From: Antedon mediterranea
Lineage: Eukaryota; Animalia; Echinodermata
Assembly (NCBI RefSeq): GCF_964355755.1
Contig: NC_092671.1
Coordinates: 26,362,070 to 26,426,069, forward strand
Length of the DNA: 64,000 nucleotides
Direction: 5' to 3'
The notes under the pieces were generated by a model. It saw nothing but the letters and a program-made list of their open reading frames with translations. It was not told the DNA's origin and did no database searches. Below, piece after piece: positions 25,801 to 34,430 of this stretch (positions are counted from its first letter, which is position 1; each line of letters begins with the position of its first letter). Made by a program: the position numbers and the translations under genes.

Positions 25801-27124
25801 ACTTCCCGAACAGTTTTTTTACATCCACGCGGTGGCTGCCGTCAACAAATCAACTTGTGATTGCATGTTGTTATGTACCGTACAGTATAATGCGTTATGA
25901 AAAATCATAAACTAGTCATGTAATTATATAATTCATAATGATAATGATATGAAGTTTATATATGAATGAAGCAACCACTTTTTAATTACAAAATAAATAG
26001 GCCCCACTGGTCACGTCTAACTGGTAGCCCTAGCCTAGATTAGTGGATCCCGTATTATAGGCATCTAGGCTAGTAGCTATGAAATGATCCATCGCTGTGG
26101 TGACTACTTCTTCGCATGCAGCTAAAGTAAAATGACGTCACGTTAAAGCGTGTCGTCACAGAGTCTCATGCATATGCAAAAGGGTGTTTTGTCTCTGCTT
26201 CTTGTGCGCTCATGATTTTACAAAATGTTTTCAGAGTGATTAATTAATGATGGTGCGATCGGTGGTACAGAAAATAATCCGATATTGTTCCAGATAACAA
26301 AGAAGCAGATTAAATATAGTTTTTTATTCGACCCATTTGGCTTAGAAGCAGATTAAATATAGTTGTTTATTCGATCCATTTGGCTTGCTTAGATGCCTAG
26401 CCCTATAGACAGACTTTCTATGATACCTACTCACTAGCGGCCTAACTAAAGACAAGTAAAATACAGTATACACTACCCACTATCAGGCCATCCATATCCT
26501 CCCCTTCATCGTTACCGCGTGGCATTGTGCAGATACTAACCCAGCATAGTAGCTAACTTCCCACCCACCCTAGCTCTCAGGTATGCACTGCGCTGCCACT
26601 AACTACAGACAGTAGGAGGCCTAGCCTAATTCGGGCCTCATGTCTCGCAGCATTTGAAAATACATACTAATATTGTACATTATTATTATTTTGTATTCGC
26701 ACTGGAAGTATCTAGGCTCTCCTGTCATGTTAAAATTAAAGTATATTATTTATCATCCTCAGCAGTGAAAACAATTATATTTTGTTGTATATTTTCGATA
26801 AATCTCGCGTCGCGTGTGTGTGGTGGTGGAAAAAACTCTCAGCAAGTTTGCTTCATTATGCATGAGACTCTGTGACGACCCACTTTAACATGACGTCATT
26901 TTACTTTAGCTGCATGCCAAGAAGTAGTCACCGTTGAAGTATAGAGTCGCCGATTACCTCGCTCTGGGCATGCGCAATAGCGTGTCGGATTCCCTAACCC
27001 TTACCTGATTGTGGTAAATATCTGGGTTTGGCTGAGGCTTAGCCACTGTAGAATAACTGTACCGAGCATATCTTCCTAAATTCTGTCTGAAACTCCAACC
27101 AATAAATCTCGCTGATGACAACAT
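678..27124 (-). CDS. ALDH2: Mitochondrial aldehyde dehydrogenase (ALDH2-type), 14 coding exons, 519 aa
   Basis: Joined exons: 27005-27124, 16960-17064, 16141-16281, 10652-10731, 7520-7569, 6879-6940, 6548-6676, 6001-6114, 5793-5895, 4874-5058, 4223-4387, 2307-2464, 1504-1618, 678-710. Total 1560 nt, phases consistent, all GT-AG. Motifs [18 protein letters not shown] (catalytic Glu), FNQGQCC (catalytic Cys), [16 protein letters not shown]-terminal PQKNS. Confidence 0.95.
770..1113. mobile_element. Non-autonomous TTAA-targeting DNA transposon (Kolobok-like MITE)
   Basis: TIRs AGATGTATAGTCCCC / GGGGACAATACATCT, with TTAA on both sides (766-769, 1114-1117). AG termini fit Kolobok rather than piggyBac. 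Confidence 0.7.
1504..1618 (-). CDS. ALDH2: ALDH2 coding exon 13 ([38 protein letters not shown])
   Basis: 115 nt, AG/GT flanks, ALDH PFGG motif. Confidence 0.96.
1787..1832. repeat. (AAAT)n microsatellite
   Basis: Read directly. Confidence 0.9.
2307..2464 (-). CDS. ALDH2: ALDH2 coding exon 12 ([53 protein letters not shown])
   Basis: 158 nt, AG/GT flanks, IFGPV and YGLAA motifs. Confidence 0.96.
2773..3550 (-). mobile_element. Non-autonomous interspersed repeat with GACA/GACC microsatellites and terminal hairpin (Helentron/HINE-like)
   Basis: Two blocks gcatagtgataccggaccgac(agac)n...catagtgaactata (2788-2885, 3458-3526); terminal palindrome GTCGC-ttccac-GCGAC then TAAAAA; core 2950-3435 recurs inverted at 44742-45267. 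Confidence 0.6.
4223..4387 (-). CDS. ALDH2: ALDH2 coding exon 11 ([21 protein letters not shown]...[21 protein letters not shown])
   Basis: 165 nt, AG/GT flanks. Confidence 0.96.
4874..5058 (-). CDS. ALDH2: ALDH2 coding exon 10 (catalytic Cys: [20 protein letters not shown])
   Basis: 185 nt, AG/GT flanks. Confidence 0.97.
5793..5895 (-). CDS. ALDH2: ALDH2 coding exon 9 ([34 protein letters not shown])
   Basis: 103 nt, catalytic Glu motif LELGGKSP. Confidence 0.97.
6001..6114 (-). CDS. ALDH2: ALDH2 coding exon 8 ([38 protein letters not shown])
   Basis: 114 nt, NAD-binding FTGSTE. Confidence 0.97.
6548..6676 (-). CDS. ALDH2: ALDH2 coding exon 7 ([43 protein letters not shown])
   Basis: 129 nt; [11 protein letters not shown] is ALDH2-like. 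Confidence 0.97.
6879..6940 (-). CDS. ALDH2: ALDH2 coding exon 6 ([20 protein letters not shown])
   Basis: 62 nt, AG/GT flanks. Confidence 0.96.
7520..7569 (-). CDS. ALDH2: ALDH2 coding exon 5 ([16 protein letters not shown])
   Basis: 50 nt, AG/GT flanks. Confidence 0.96.
8410..8852. repeat. 27-28 bp minisatellite (AAGTGGCAAATGATTTTAAAATGCTACT), ~15 copies
   Basis: Period 28 seen at 8645/8673/8701. Confidence 0.92.
9575..10230 (+). mobile_element. 5'-truncated non-LTR retrotransposon 3' fragment (CR1/L2/Jockey group)
   Basis: RTLGFIRR...[21 protein letters not shown]...YAERLALL...LWNGLP, typical of a LINE ORF2 C-terminus. Confidence 0.8.
10652..10731 (-). CDS. ALDH2: ALDH2 coding exon 4 ([27 protein letters not shown])
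   Basis: 80 nt, AG/GT flanks, LETLDNGKP. Confidence 0.96.
10815..11195 (+). mobile_element. Degraded LINE reverse-transcriptase fragments
   Basis: [16 protein letters not shown] (YRPISLL-like) and FTDDTTLY (FADD-like). Confidence 0.6.
12559..14168. mobile_element. Non-autonomous hAT-type DNA transposon, 1.6 kb
   Basis: TIRs CAGTGGTGGCGCCAG / CTGGCACCACCGCTG; exact 8-bp TSD GAGAGTAC (12551-12558, 14169-14176); poly-G tracts; internal ~297-bp tandem duplication (12670-12950 / 12967-13250). Confidence 0.88.
15065..15930. mobile_element. Non-autonomous element with asymmetric inverted repeat and ~185-bp terminal hairpin (Helentron- or Crypton-like)
   Basis: 14-bp IR TATATTACATAGCC (15065-15078) / GGCTATGTAATATA (15731-15744), then a long imperfect palindrome 15745-15928. 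No TSD found. Confidence 0.55.
16141..16281 (-). CDS. ALDH2: ALDH2 coding exon 3 ([47 protein letters not shown])
   Basis: 141 nt, AAG acceptor, GT donor. Confidence 0.96.
16960..17064 (-). CDS. ALDH2: ALDH2 coding exon 2 ([35 protein letters not shown])
   Basis: 105 nt, AG/GT flanks. Confidence 0.96.
18302..18493 (+). repeat. 5' LTR (192 bp, internally deleted)
   Basis: Aligns to 23557-23842; TG...CA ends. Confidence 0.88.
18498..18511 (+). other. Primer binding site TGGCGCTGCGAACA
   Basis: Starts with TGG 4 nt after the 5' LTR; resembles the complement of tRNA-Ser 3' ends (tRNA identity is inference). Confidence 0.7.
19603..20951 (+). pseudogene. Gypsy gag, disrupted
   Basis: Capsid-like [14 protein letters not shown]...QAFDQRF and zinc knuckle [14 protein letters not shown], split over several frames; 5' limit approximate. 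Confidence 0.8.
20939..20986 (+). promoter_or_regulatory. -1 ribosomal frameshift signal (T TTA AAC plus GC-rich stem/pseudoknot)
   Basis: XXXYYYZ heptamer at 20939-20945 in gag phase just before gag TAG; the protease ORF is in the -1 frame. Confidence 0.7.
20939..23410 (+). pseudogene. Gypsy pol (protease-RT-RNase H), disrupted
   Basis: [10 protein letters not shown] and MLLGGDFL (protease); [41 protein letters not shown] (RT); ELLAVV, TDHSSL (RNase H); CGGCAYC motif. No HHCC/DDE integrase before the PPT. Confidence 0.9.
23543..23556 (+). other. Polypurine tract AAAAACCGGGGGAG
   Basis: Immediately 5' of the 3' LTR. Confidence 0.7.
23557..23842 (+). repeat. 3' LTR (286 bp)
   Basis: Aligns to 18302-18493; TG...CA ends. 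Confidence 0.88.
23850..24343. mobile_element. MITE with TAGRGAGGTTTCG termini (PIF/ISL2EU-like)
   Basis: TAGAGAGGTTTCG / CGAAACCTCCCTA, plus sub-terminal IR gaaaacggatacgtca / tgacgtatccgttttc. Confidence 0.65.
24373..25146. mobile_element. MITE with GG termini and 8-bp TSD (Merlin/MULE-like)
   Basis: ~70-bp TIRs starting GGCGCTACTGCAGTTTCGCACCACA; TSD TATGTTTC (right copy reads TA[CAGTA]TGTTTC). Confidence 0.8.
25495..26998. mobile_element. Unclassified TIR element abutting the ALDH2 intron 1 donor
   Basis: Perfect 39-bp IR GTTAGGGAATCCGACACGCTATTGCGCATGCCCAGAGC; CC on both flanks. Confidence 0.7.
26099..26932. mobile_element. Nested MITE with ~75-bp TIRs
   Basis: GGTGACTACTTCTT...GTCTCATGCAT / ATGCATGAGAC...AAGAAGTAGTCACC; GT on both flanks. 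Confidence 0.75.
27005..27124 (-). CDS. ALDH2: ALDH2 coding exon 1 with mitochondrial presequence ([40 protein letters not shown])
   Basis: AAAATG start, 120 nt, CAG|GTAAG phase-0 donor; Arg/Ser-rich with no acidic residues in the first 34 aa; PNPDIYHNQ|VFINNEW parallels human QPEVFCNQ|IFINNEW. Confidence 0.9.
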
Positions 27125-27373
27125 TTTCAATAATTTCGTTTAGGCCTAGGCCTAGGTTAGTAAATGATCTGTATTGTTGGGCTATTTGTAATTAAATTAA
27201 AAAACCCACTCACTACAGAGAGTGCTCTGTTCTCTTATCAACTGCGTGACTAGTAGTAGTAGCAAAGAATATATCACAAGAATGAGTATTCCGCGATTTT
27301 TGCATGAGAAATTTGTAACAGAGAGAGCTCCAGTGAGTGATGCCCGCCCTCATAAGGGCGGATGTATACATAC

Positions 27374-28724
27374 CAAAGATCTTATCCTAACGGAATTAAC
27401 ATCCTGTTGCACATAACTTCCTTGAGGGAGGCTCTAAATTCATCTGCCATCGGGTAATAGCGATGACCCCCTCTCCCTCTAACAATAGAAAATAAGTTCT
27501 CAAGGCAATCTTGATTTAGTCTGCCTGTGAGTATAAACTTAAAGGCGTGATTGTTGATTAATCAGTATTTGAGATTCTTCGAAATGAATATTGCACAAGT
27601 GGCAATTACGGTGTAATAGAAACTTGGTTTCCTTCTCAAATCCACGCGTCGTGTGTTCTGGGCCCATTTTGCACACCTGTAAATTAATAATTGTCTAGGC
27701 CTAGTGAGTTTTTGCTTTATCATAATTAACGTTTACGTAATTATAGGACGTCTACGTGCATGCTAATCGGATTTTCAAATTGGTTAGGGCCTAAAATCAA
27801 ATACTTAAGCCTAACCTAAAACCACTAACGGTTGAATTTCATAATTAAGTATAAGATTCAATTAAAAATTGTTTGTTAGGGCTACTCAACGGATAAGTAA
27901 TATAATATACTGTAATGTATGTAACGGCTAGTTAAATTAAACGAAATAAAATAACCATGAGACAGAAAGCAAATATTAACCATGAGACGGAAAGCATGAA
28001 ATAATCAAGATCACAATTTGTTTATATTAAGTATTATTATTATTATTATTTGTATAATGTAAAAAGAGGGACTAGGCCTAGGCCTACAGCGACATGCCAA
28101 CTGGGCTTCTTGTAGTCTTTCGACCAAATTTTTACTTATATGCCAACAATTGTAATGATATATATTTGGTCAATAAATGTTTCTTGAATTGAAAGTTTTA
28201 AAAATTGTTTGTTAAGGGTACTAAATGTTAAAGGATAAGTAATATATAACCAGGGAACAGTGAAATTAGTGTAATTTCACTGTTATATAACTATGTACTA
28301 GCCTAGTAGGCCTAGCCTAGGCCTAGGCCTAAGTAGCCTAATAATGATAATAATAATCATTTCATACGTTTAAATAATAATTATTAATGTTAAGATGTAC
28401 TAGGCCTAGGCCTAGGCCTAGGCTACTTATTTAATTACATAAATTTACCTGATCTTGTCTTTGGGAAAATTGTAAAACTTAAGTTCTGGGTTGGCCTTTG
28501 AATTGCTTTTACAATTAATTGCAGCACAGTACATCCCTCAACTTTTTCTCTTTTCATTCAGTGTTTCTTTACCATACAAACTTTGGCGCGACTCCTCAAT
28601 CCCATTTTCTAAAGAATATTGCGATCGTCACGCAAAAGTTCGTTACTTGTTTAAGCGAGGGGGCGCACTAAAGTGTTACGCGTAAACGCGGGTAGTGTCA
28701 CATCTTTAGATTATAAGATCTTTG
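27374..28724 (-). mobile_element. P-superfamily element with THAP relic, nested in the outer element
   Basis: TIRs CAAAGATCTTAT / ATAAGATCTTTG; exact 8-bp TSD ATACATAC (27366-27373, 28725-28732); contains THAP exons. Confidence 0.85.
27539..28534 (-). pseudogene. Two-exon THAP zinc-finger relic (transposase N-terminus or accessory gene), frameshifted
   Basis: Exon 28449-28534 MYCAAINCKSNSKANPELKFYNFPKDKI-R (AG|GT) splices to 27676 (TTTACAG|G) CAKWAQNTRRVDL. LHRNCHLCNIHFEESQ follows in another frame. C2CH, FP, W and F THAP residues are all present. Confidence 0.8.
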
Positions 28725-29464
28725 ATACATACTAAATAAGACTTGATTTAATAGATATTATACATGTCACATTAAATAGAATTATGATAATAGTTTTTGC
28801 AATTGTAAACTATTTTATAATACATATTTATTAACAAACTAGTGTACATTCACTTTTACAGACAATTATTTACTAACATGCTAAATTAGTTCACAAAAAA
28901 GGCCTAACACAGCAACACCAAAAATCAACGAATCGTTACTCAGCACGGCCTATTCTTTCCATTGCCGCGTACTACTCTACGCCCGGTAAATTAAGTATTG
29001 TTTTTATGATATAAATTATTATAAAATACATGTTATTAATTGGACAAAATGTTAAATGTTATTAACATTTATTTGTTTTACCAGAAACAAGTTAAATATA
29101 GGAATATTATTAAACAATCCTTCGTGAAAACGCGTAAACACCAACACGCCCGGTCACGCTATCGTAGCGCCCGGTTGATAAAGCAAACTGTTTATACGGC
29201 AGTTTTTACTAAATAAATTGCATAAAACGAACAATTAAATATCCAAATAGTATTTAACATGATGTTGGCATGTAGTTGATAACATTTTTTATCATGAAAA
29301 TACTACCGGTGGTCTAGCCTTTGATTATTGAAACAGTCACAAAAAGTTGTATACATCCCAGATACATCCACACTTATGGCGGCGCCCTACCACATGGACA
29401 ATATTACTGTTACAGGGAAAATCGCGGATTACTCATTCTTGTGATAAATATTCTTTGCTAGTAG

Positions 29465-29890
29465 CAAAGAACTTAATAACATAAGAATCTCCTGTTCTTA
29501 ATTTGCATTCAAAATACAGTATCGGAAGTACAGGGTTAAAAGGTCAAACTGGGCGACGCCATTTCACAGCATGGAGCAGCGCCCCCTCCAAACTAGGAAG
29601 TCAATTACTCTAACCCCCCCCCCCCCCCCACCTAGAGTATTAGCAGACCCCTCTATGATTTTGACTTTCTAATTTGATGCGGGCGCCCTACTCTTCAGTC
29701 AGTCAATTACTCTAACCCCCCTAGAGTATTAGCAGATCCCCTCTATGATTTTGACTTTCTAATTTGATGCGGGCGCCCTACTCCATGGCTCACAATGGCG
29801 CCACCCATAGCTCTATTCTATCCCACAATGCCTTTCGAAATTGTTACGCGCTTCGGACGAACAGGAGATTCTTGTGTTATAAGTTCTTTG
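29465..29890. mobile_element. P-superfamily MITE in tandem with the outer element
   Basis: 33-bp TIRs CAAAGAACTTAATAACATAAGAATCTCCTGTTC; exact 7-bp TSD CTAGTAG (29458-29464, 29891-29897); internal ~85-bp duplication. Confidence 0.85.
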
Positions 29891-30149
29891 CTAGTAGATT
29901 CTACCACTACCACATGAGTCGAGTACAGTACACAGTAGTTGGTCCCTGGATGTATTGATTTAAATATCAACCAACAGCACACTATTACGTCACACCAACA
30001 AAACAGTCAAGAGTACGTTAAAACAACAGGGGGAATCAGAGCGATTTTATTAATATCGACCTCATTCTTTACGTTGTTTCCGAACAAATTCGTTTTACCG
30101 AAAAAAACATTTATTCACTTTTTGTTATATTTTGTGATTTTTTCTTCGT

Positions 30150-30245
30150 TTTTATTATAAGGACACCATTGGAATTAAGCTTTTTTAGCTTTATGGGTAA
30201 TCCTTAGCATGTTGATTGTACTTAATAAAGCAAACAAACAAACAG
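30150..30245 (+). mobile_element. LINE/SINE 3' tail
   Basis: ggacaccattggaattaag...ctttatggg..atcc...AATAAA, homologous to 32190-32305. Confidence 0.5.
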
Positions 30246-31489
30246 ATCGTCTAAACGCATCATCTTATTAGTTGTCGAATCTTAAACATTTCTAAATATG
30301 CATATTAAAATTGTAGTGAGTATAGCCAATCGGGCGCGTGCGGCTGGAACTAGTGACTACTACTAGAGGCCTACACTGCAAAAAACAACAATCCCTTCCC
30401 ACGTGGGCACCAAATATGTGTGTTTGGCCTTTCACGCACCTCATTAGCATACTTAGGCCTATATCACATGTTAAATTCTCTGTGAATGCTCTTCCTGTTA
30501 ACTTGATATTCAATATCACGATACGAAAGCACGATAAAATCTTATGTGAACAACTATCCGAAAAAACTAAGAAATTAAGGTTTACGCATTGCTGCACAAG
30601 AACAAAAATACAAACAGTACAGTCGCTTCTATTGGTCATTGACAAAAAAAAGTTTGTAGATTTTATTTATTTATAAACTTATTTTACATGGATGACATTT
30701 TCATTAAAATAATATTCTTACAAATGGTCCATGATTAAAGAAATTAAACTAACATGTCCTGATAGTATAAGCGTGGGCATGGGTCCATGGTATAACCTGC
30801 TGGTGACAATCTAATTACACTGTAGAAATGTTTAAAATGGTTTTTAATTCCGTAATCGTATTCATGTTGTTGTAAGTGGATTCGTCAAATTAGGGTGAGG
30901 TTGCATGTACGTCTAGTCCTGATACCAGTTTGAAGGCAGTTTGTGAACGTACAGAGGAAAAACGAACAGTGAATTGTACAAACCGGAATCTTAATAAATG
31001 AAAATAAAAAGTAAAAACATAAATAATGTGAGTTTGACGGATAGGAACATTTTGCAATTTTGCACAACAAATGCGCGTAAAACATATGTATTACGGTACA
31101 TTAACACATTTCTTTCATAATTTACTTATATTAAGCTAAAGAAGAGAAAATCACATACTCTGGTTGACTTACGTAACCGCAGTAAAACACAACATTAGGC
31201 CTAATTGTAAAATACTAAAATTAAAATGTGCGATAGGTACAGTAATTCAAATAAATTTCATTTCATATTTTATAGGAAGTTTTCTATGTTTATTTCTTAA
31301 GGTGTATGGTCTAACTCAAATTATTACTTGTACATAAATTGGTAAAACTTCCTCATCATCTTTAGATCATATTCTGTGTAACTCAACCGATAGAGTGACC
31401 TACACTTAATATAGGCATGAGTAATCATCTTGCTATATATTGTACTAGTCCCAATGCCCACAATACAATTTAAATTTTATATACCCAAC

Positions 31490-32305
31490 GTTAAAGTTAA
31501 TAAACTGTCTTAACAGAATTGTCTGGGCTGATATTGTCAATAGCACTAATGTTAATCATGCATGGGAAGAACTTAACCGTTTATTTCTGAAAGTTATTGA
31601 TGAAATTGGTCCCATTAAAAAAATCCGATTGAAATGTCATACAGATCCTTGGAAGAGTGAAGAGATTTTAAACGAGATAAATATTTATATTCTTTTAGAA
31701 TAATAGCAAAGTTAATATTTATAAAAAATACACTAAATTGAGGAACAAAATCCAAAAAGATATACAAAAAGGCCAAAGCAAACTATTTTAGAAACAAGGT
31801 TGATGAATAGTAACTCTATAAAAAAACTATTGAAGAAGCACCTGAAAAACCTGAGCTCCAAACAAACCAAAAAGTCTTCAACCAAATAGTTCTCGAATCT
31901 AGTGGCGTTCTTTACCACGAACCTTATAAAATAAGGTAGCCAATCTAATGAATTCGTTTTTCACAAACATTGCCTCTTCACCAGTAAATAAGCTTCCAGG
32001 ATAAAGGTCTTTTTAGTATGTCCTTCCTTATTTTAAAATCATATAAAAATATAAAATGTGAAGTCTAATAGTTTCACTCTTAATCCTATTGACGAAGATT
32101 ATACGTGACTCGACAAAAATAATTCTAATAAATGTACTGGACTGGATTTGTATGTTTATGCTGTTCGTTGTGATTGTCTATGCTGTTTTTTAAAGGACCC
32201 CATTGGAATTAAGTTGATTTTCCTTCGACTTTATGGGCTATCCATGGTTCCTTATTTAATGTATTTACTTATAATCATATTGTCTTTTGTTGAAACCGAA
32301 TAAAA
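31490..32305 (+). mobile_element. Degraded LINE (L2/Crack-like) ORF2 fragment with 3' tail
   Basis: VWADIVNSTNVNHAWEELNRLFLKVIDEIGPIKKIR..DPW; KCTGLD; 3' stem-loop tail. Confidence 0.6.
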
Positions 32306-33247
32306 TCACCAGCTTTGTAACTGAAACATTGGGAAAGAAACACTGGTATACTTAATAAACTTTCCAAAGAAATCACCAACGTACCATTTCAGGAAAATTT
32401 CGGTGAGAAAAATAAAAAAAAAATACAGAAAAACCCCATCTCAATTAACTACAATTTCGCCTTTATACTGTCTTTCTAGCAGCTTGTTACAACCGCTAAT
32501 TAGCTGGCGTTTTCTACATTTTCAGACATTTCCCGGATGTTCTTAAACACCTTGTACATTTTCAGGCTGGCAGATCTGCAATCATATTATCCACATCGTT
32601 TTTCCAATGCAAAGCATACTGTACATTTTCCACCATCATTGTACAACCCATGTCTACTGCCCTCTTTAGTTTATTACGTTTCAGCGCGCTCTGTCTGTCC
32701 TGATTTGACATGCATGCTGAGTGCGCAGTGAAGGTGGTGAGGGAAAAAAGTGAAAATAAACTTTTAATAAAAAGTTTTAGCAGGAGTAACTAAAATGTGT
32801 AAGTTTTCTTATATAAAAAATATATAACAAGAATAAAAATGTCCTTGGTTTAACTTACTAGGCTAGCCTATACTACTTAATTTCTTATAAATCCAAAGCG
32901 AAATTTTCTGCTGTTTATGATGATGATGGAGTGGTACACATCACACTCATCACAGTGATACAACCTGCTGTCATTCCTCTAGGCCTAGGCTAGACCTAGG
33001 CCATGACCAGTTAAAGACTCGTACTACTAGGCCTAGTACTACCCTTTTCATATCTGCAAAATGTAACAACCAGGAAATCTCCGGAGAAAATCACACCGAT
33101 TAGAGGCCTGTTCTGTTCTTCTGCGTTTGTACTGCGCATGTGTGTTGCCCTGGAATTTAACTGACCAATCACAATACACTAATAAAATAATAGCGCTCCA
33201 ACTATGCAATGACAAATAGGCCTACCGTAGTTTCTCCCAAGGTTTTT

Positions 33248-33981
33248 GGTTTACGATGAAATCGGTTGCGTTTGAAATCGGTTGCGATAAAATCAACTTC
33301 CGGTATTTTGTATGGCGCGCCGCTAGAGCTATACTTTTGATGATATAGGTCCCATTTAAATCTGTTGCGCTATTTTTATTTGGTTAATAAATATTTATTA
33401 TTATCAATCATTAATTTTTTTTTATTTCACAGGTCTCGGAGAAGGAATGTGTCTTTCCAAAATGGCCATTTCTAAACTTGTTTAAATATTATATTAGGCG
33501 TATAATAATTTACCTCTATTTATAATATGTACTGTAAAATTAATATATATAGAGAATATACGTCTGTGTCTTTTATTATGCAAACAATTACTTAAAAGAT
33601 AACAATTTATTTAAAAACAATAATTGTTACAATGTACAGCCCCTAAAGCCAGCGTATCCATTTTTATACTTATGCATACTGTGGCAGATATATCATATCC
33701 ATGTTGATAACAACTTTACTATTCGATCACCTTATTTGTATTTCTATTTATTTCTATGTTATTAGAAATTCTATATTCAAAATTAACTAAAACCATAATG
33801 AGCATTTTCATTAAAAATGTATATTGTGAGTTTTATACAAATTAGCGCGACCAAAATAAAACGCGACCGATATTAAACGTAACTAATATGATAAAAAGCG
33901 TATCTATCGGCGCTCCATACAAAATACCGGATGTTGATTTTATCGTGACCGATTTCAAGCGCGACGAATTCATCTGACACC
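33248..33981. mobile_element. MITE with long TIRs, GG termini, 8-bp TSD (MULE/Merlin-like)
   Basis: ~130-bp imperfect TIRs; exact TSD AGGTTTTT (33240-33247, 33982-33989). Confidence 0.85.
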
Positions 33982-34083
33982 AGGTTTTTCAGGGTTCACG
34001 CATGCGTGTATGAAAGCATGTACTAAATTTGACTGGGTGTCTTTCATCTCAATTTTAATTCATAGCTCCATATAGTTTACCTA

Positions 34084-34430
34084 GGGCCTGTTTCTGCTGC
34101 CACTGCTCAAAATACGGTATAAAATACCGTACGGTATTTTTTATACCATATTTTTTAGTACCCTGTTTCTGCTAACAATATTTCTTGGGTGGTCGTGTTA
34201 AAATTCATCCTTTTTACCCAAATTGCCATTCATTTATTTGGTCGATAATTAAAACAATAAAGGAAATTTTACGCGTCACTTTCAACAGAATGGAGACAAG
34301 TAATTTGTTCCCTGCCCTAGTTATTGTCTTTTGCAATGTTGTCACACTGCTTTCGCAGGCTCTTCAGCTTTGGGTTTACTTGCTTTGGAGACAAGTGTAT
34401 TCTGTACTCCTGCTTTATTTTTTTAGAAAT
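34084..34430 (+). mobile_element. Truncated PIF/Harbinger MITE
   Basis: GGGCCTGTTTCTGCTG terminus; colinear with 40487-41050 apart from an internal deletion. Confidence 0.7.

Larger units (their letters stand above)
27263..29457. mobile_element. P-superfamily non-autonomous element (outer)
   Basis: ~40-bp TIRs CAAAGAATAT(TT)ATCACAAGAATGAGTAWTCCGCGATTTT; right flank CTAGTAG, left flank CTAGTAG plus (TAG)2. Confidence 0.8.

Noticed and set aside
678-27124. Calling the gene a cytosolic ALDH1A retinal dehydrogenase
   Set aside because: The presequence, [19 protein letters not shown]124/F459, and the 80-nt and 115/33-nt exon pattern favour ALDH2; a phylogeny is still needed.
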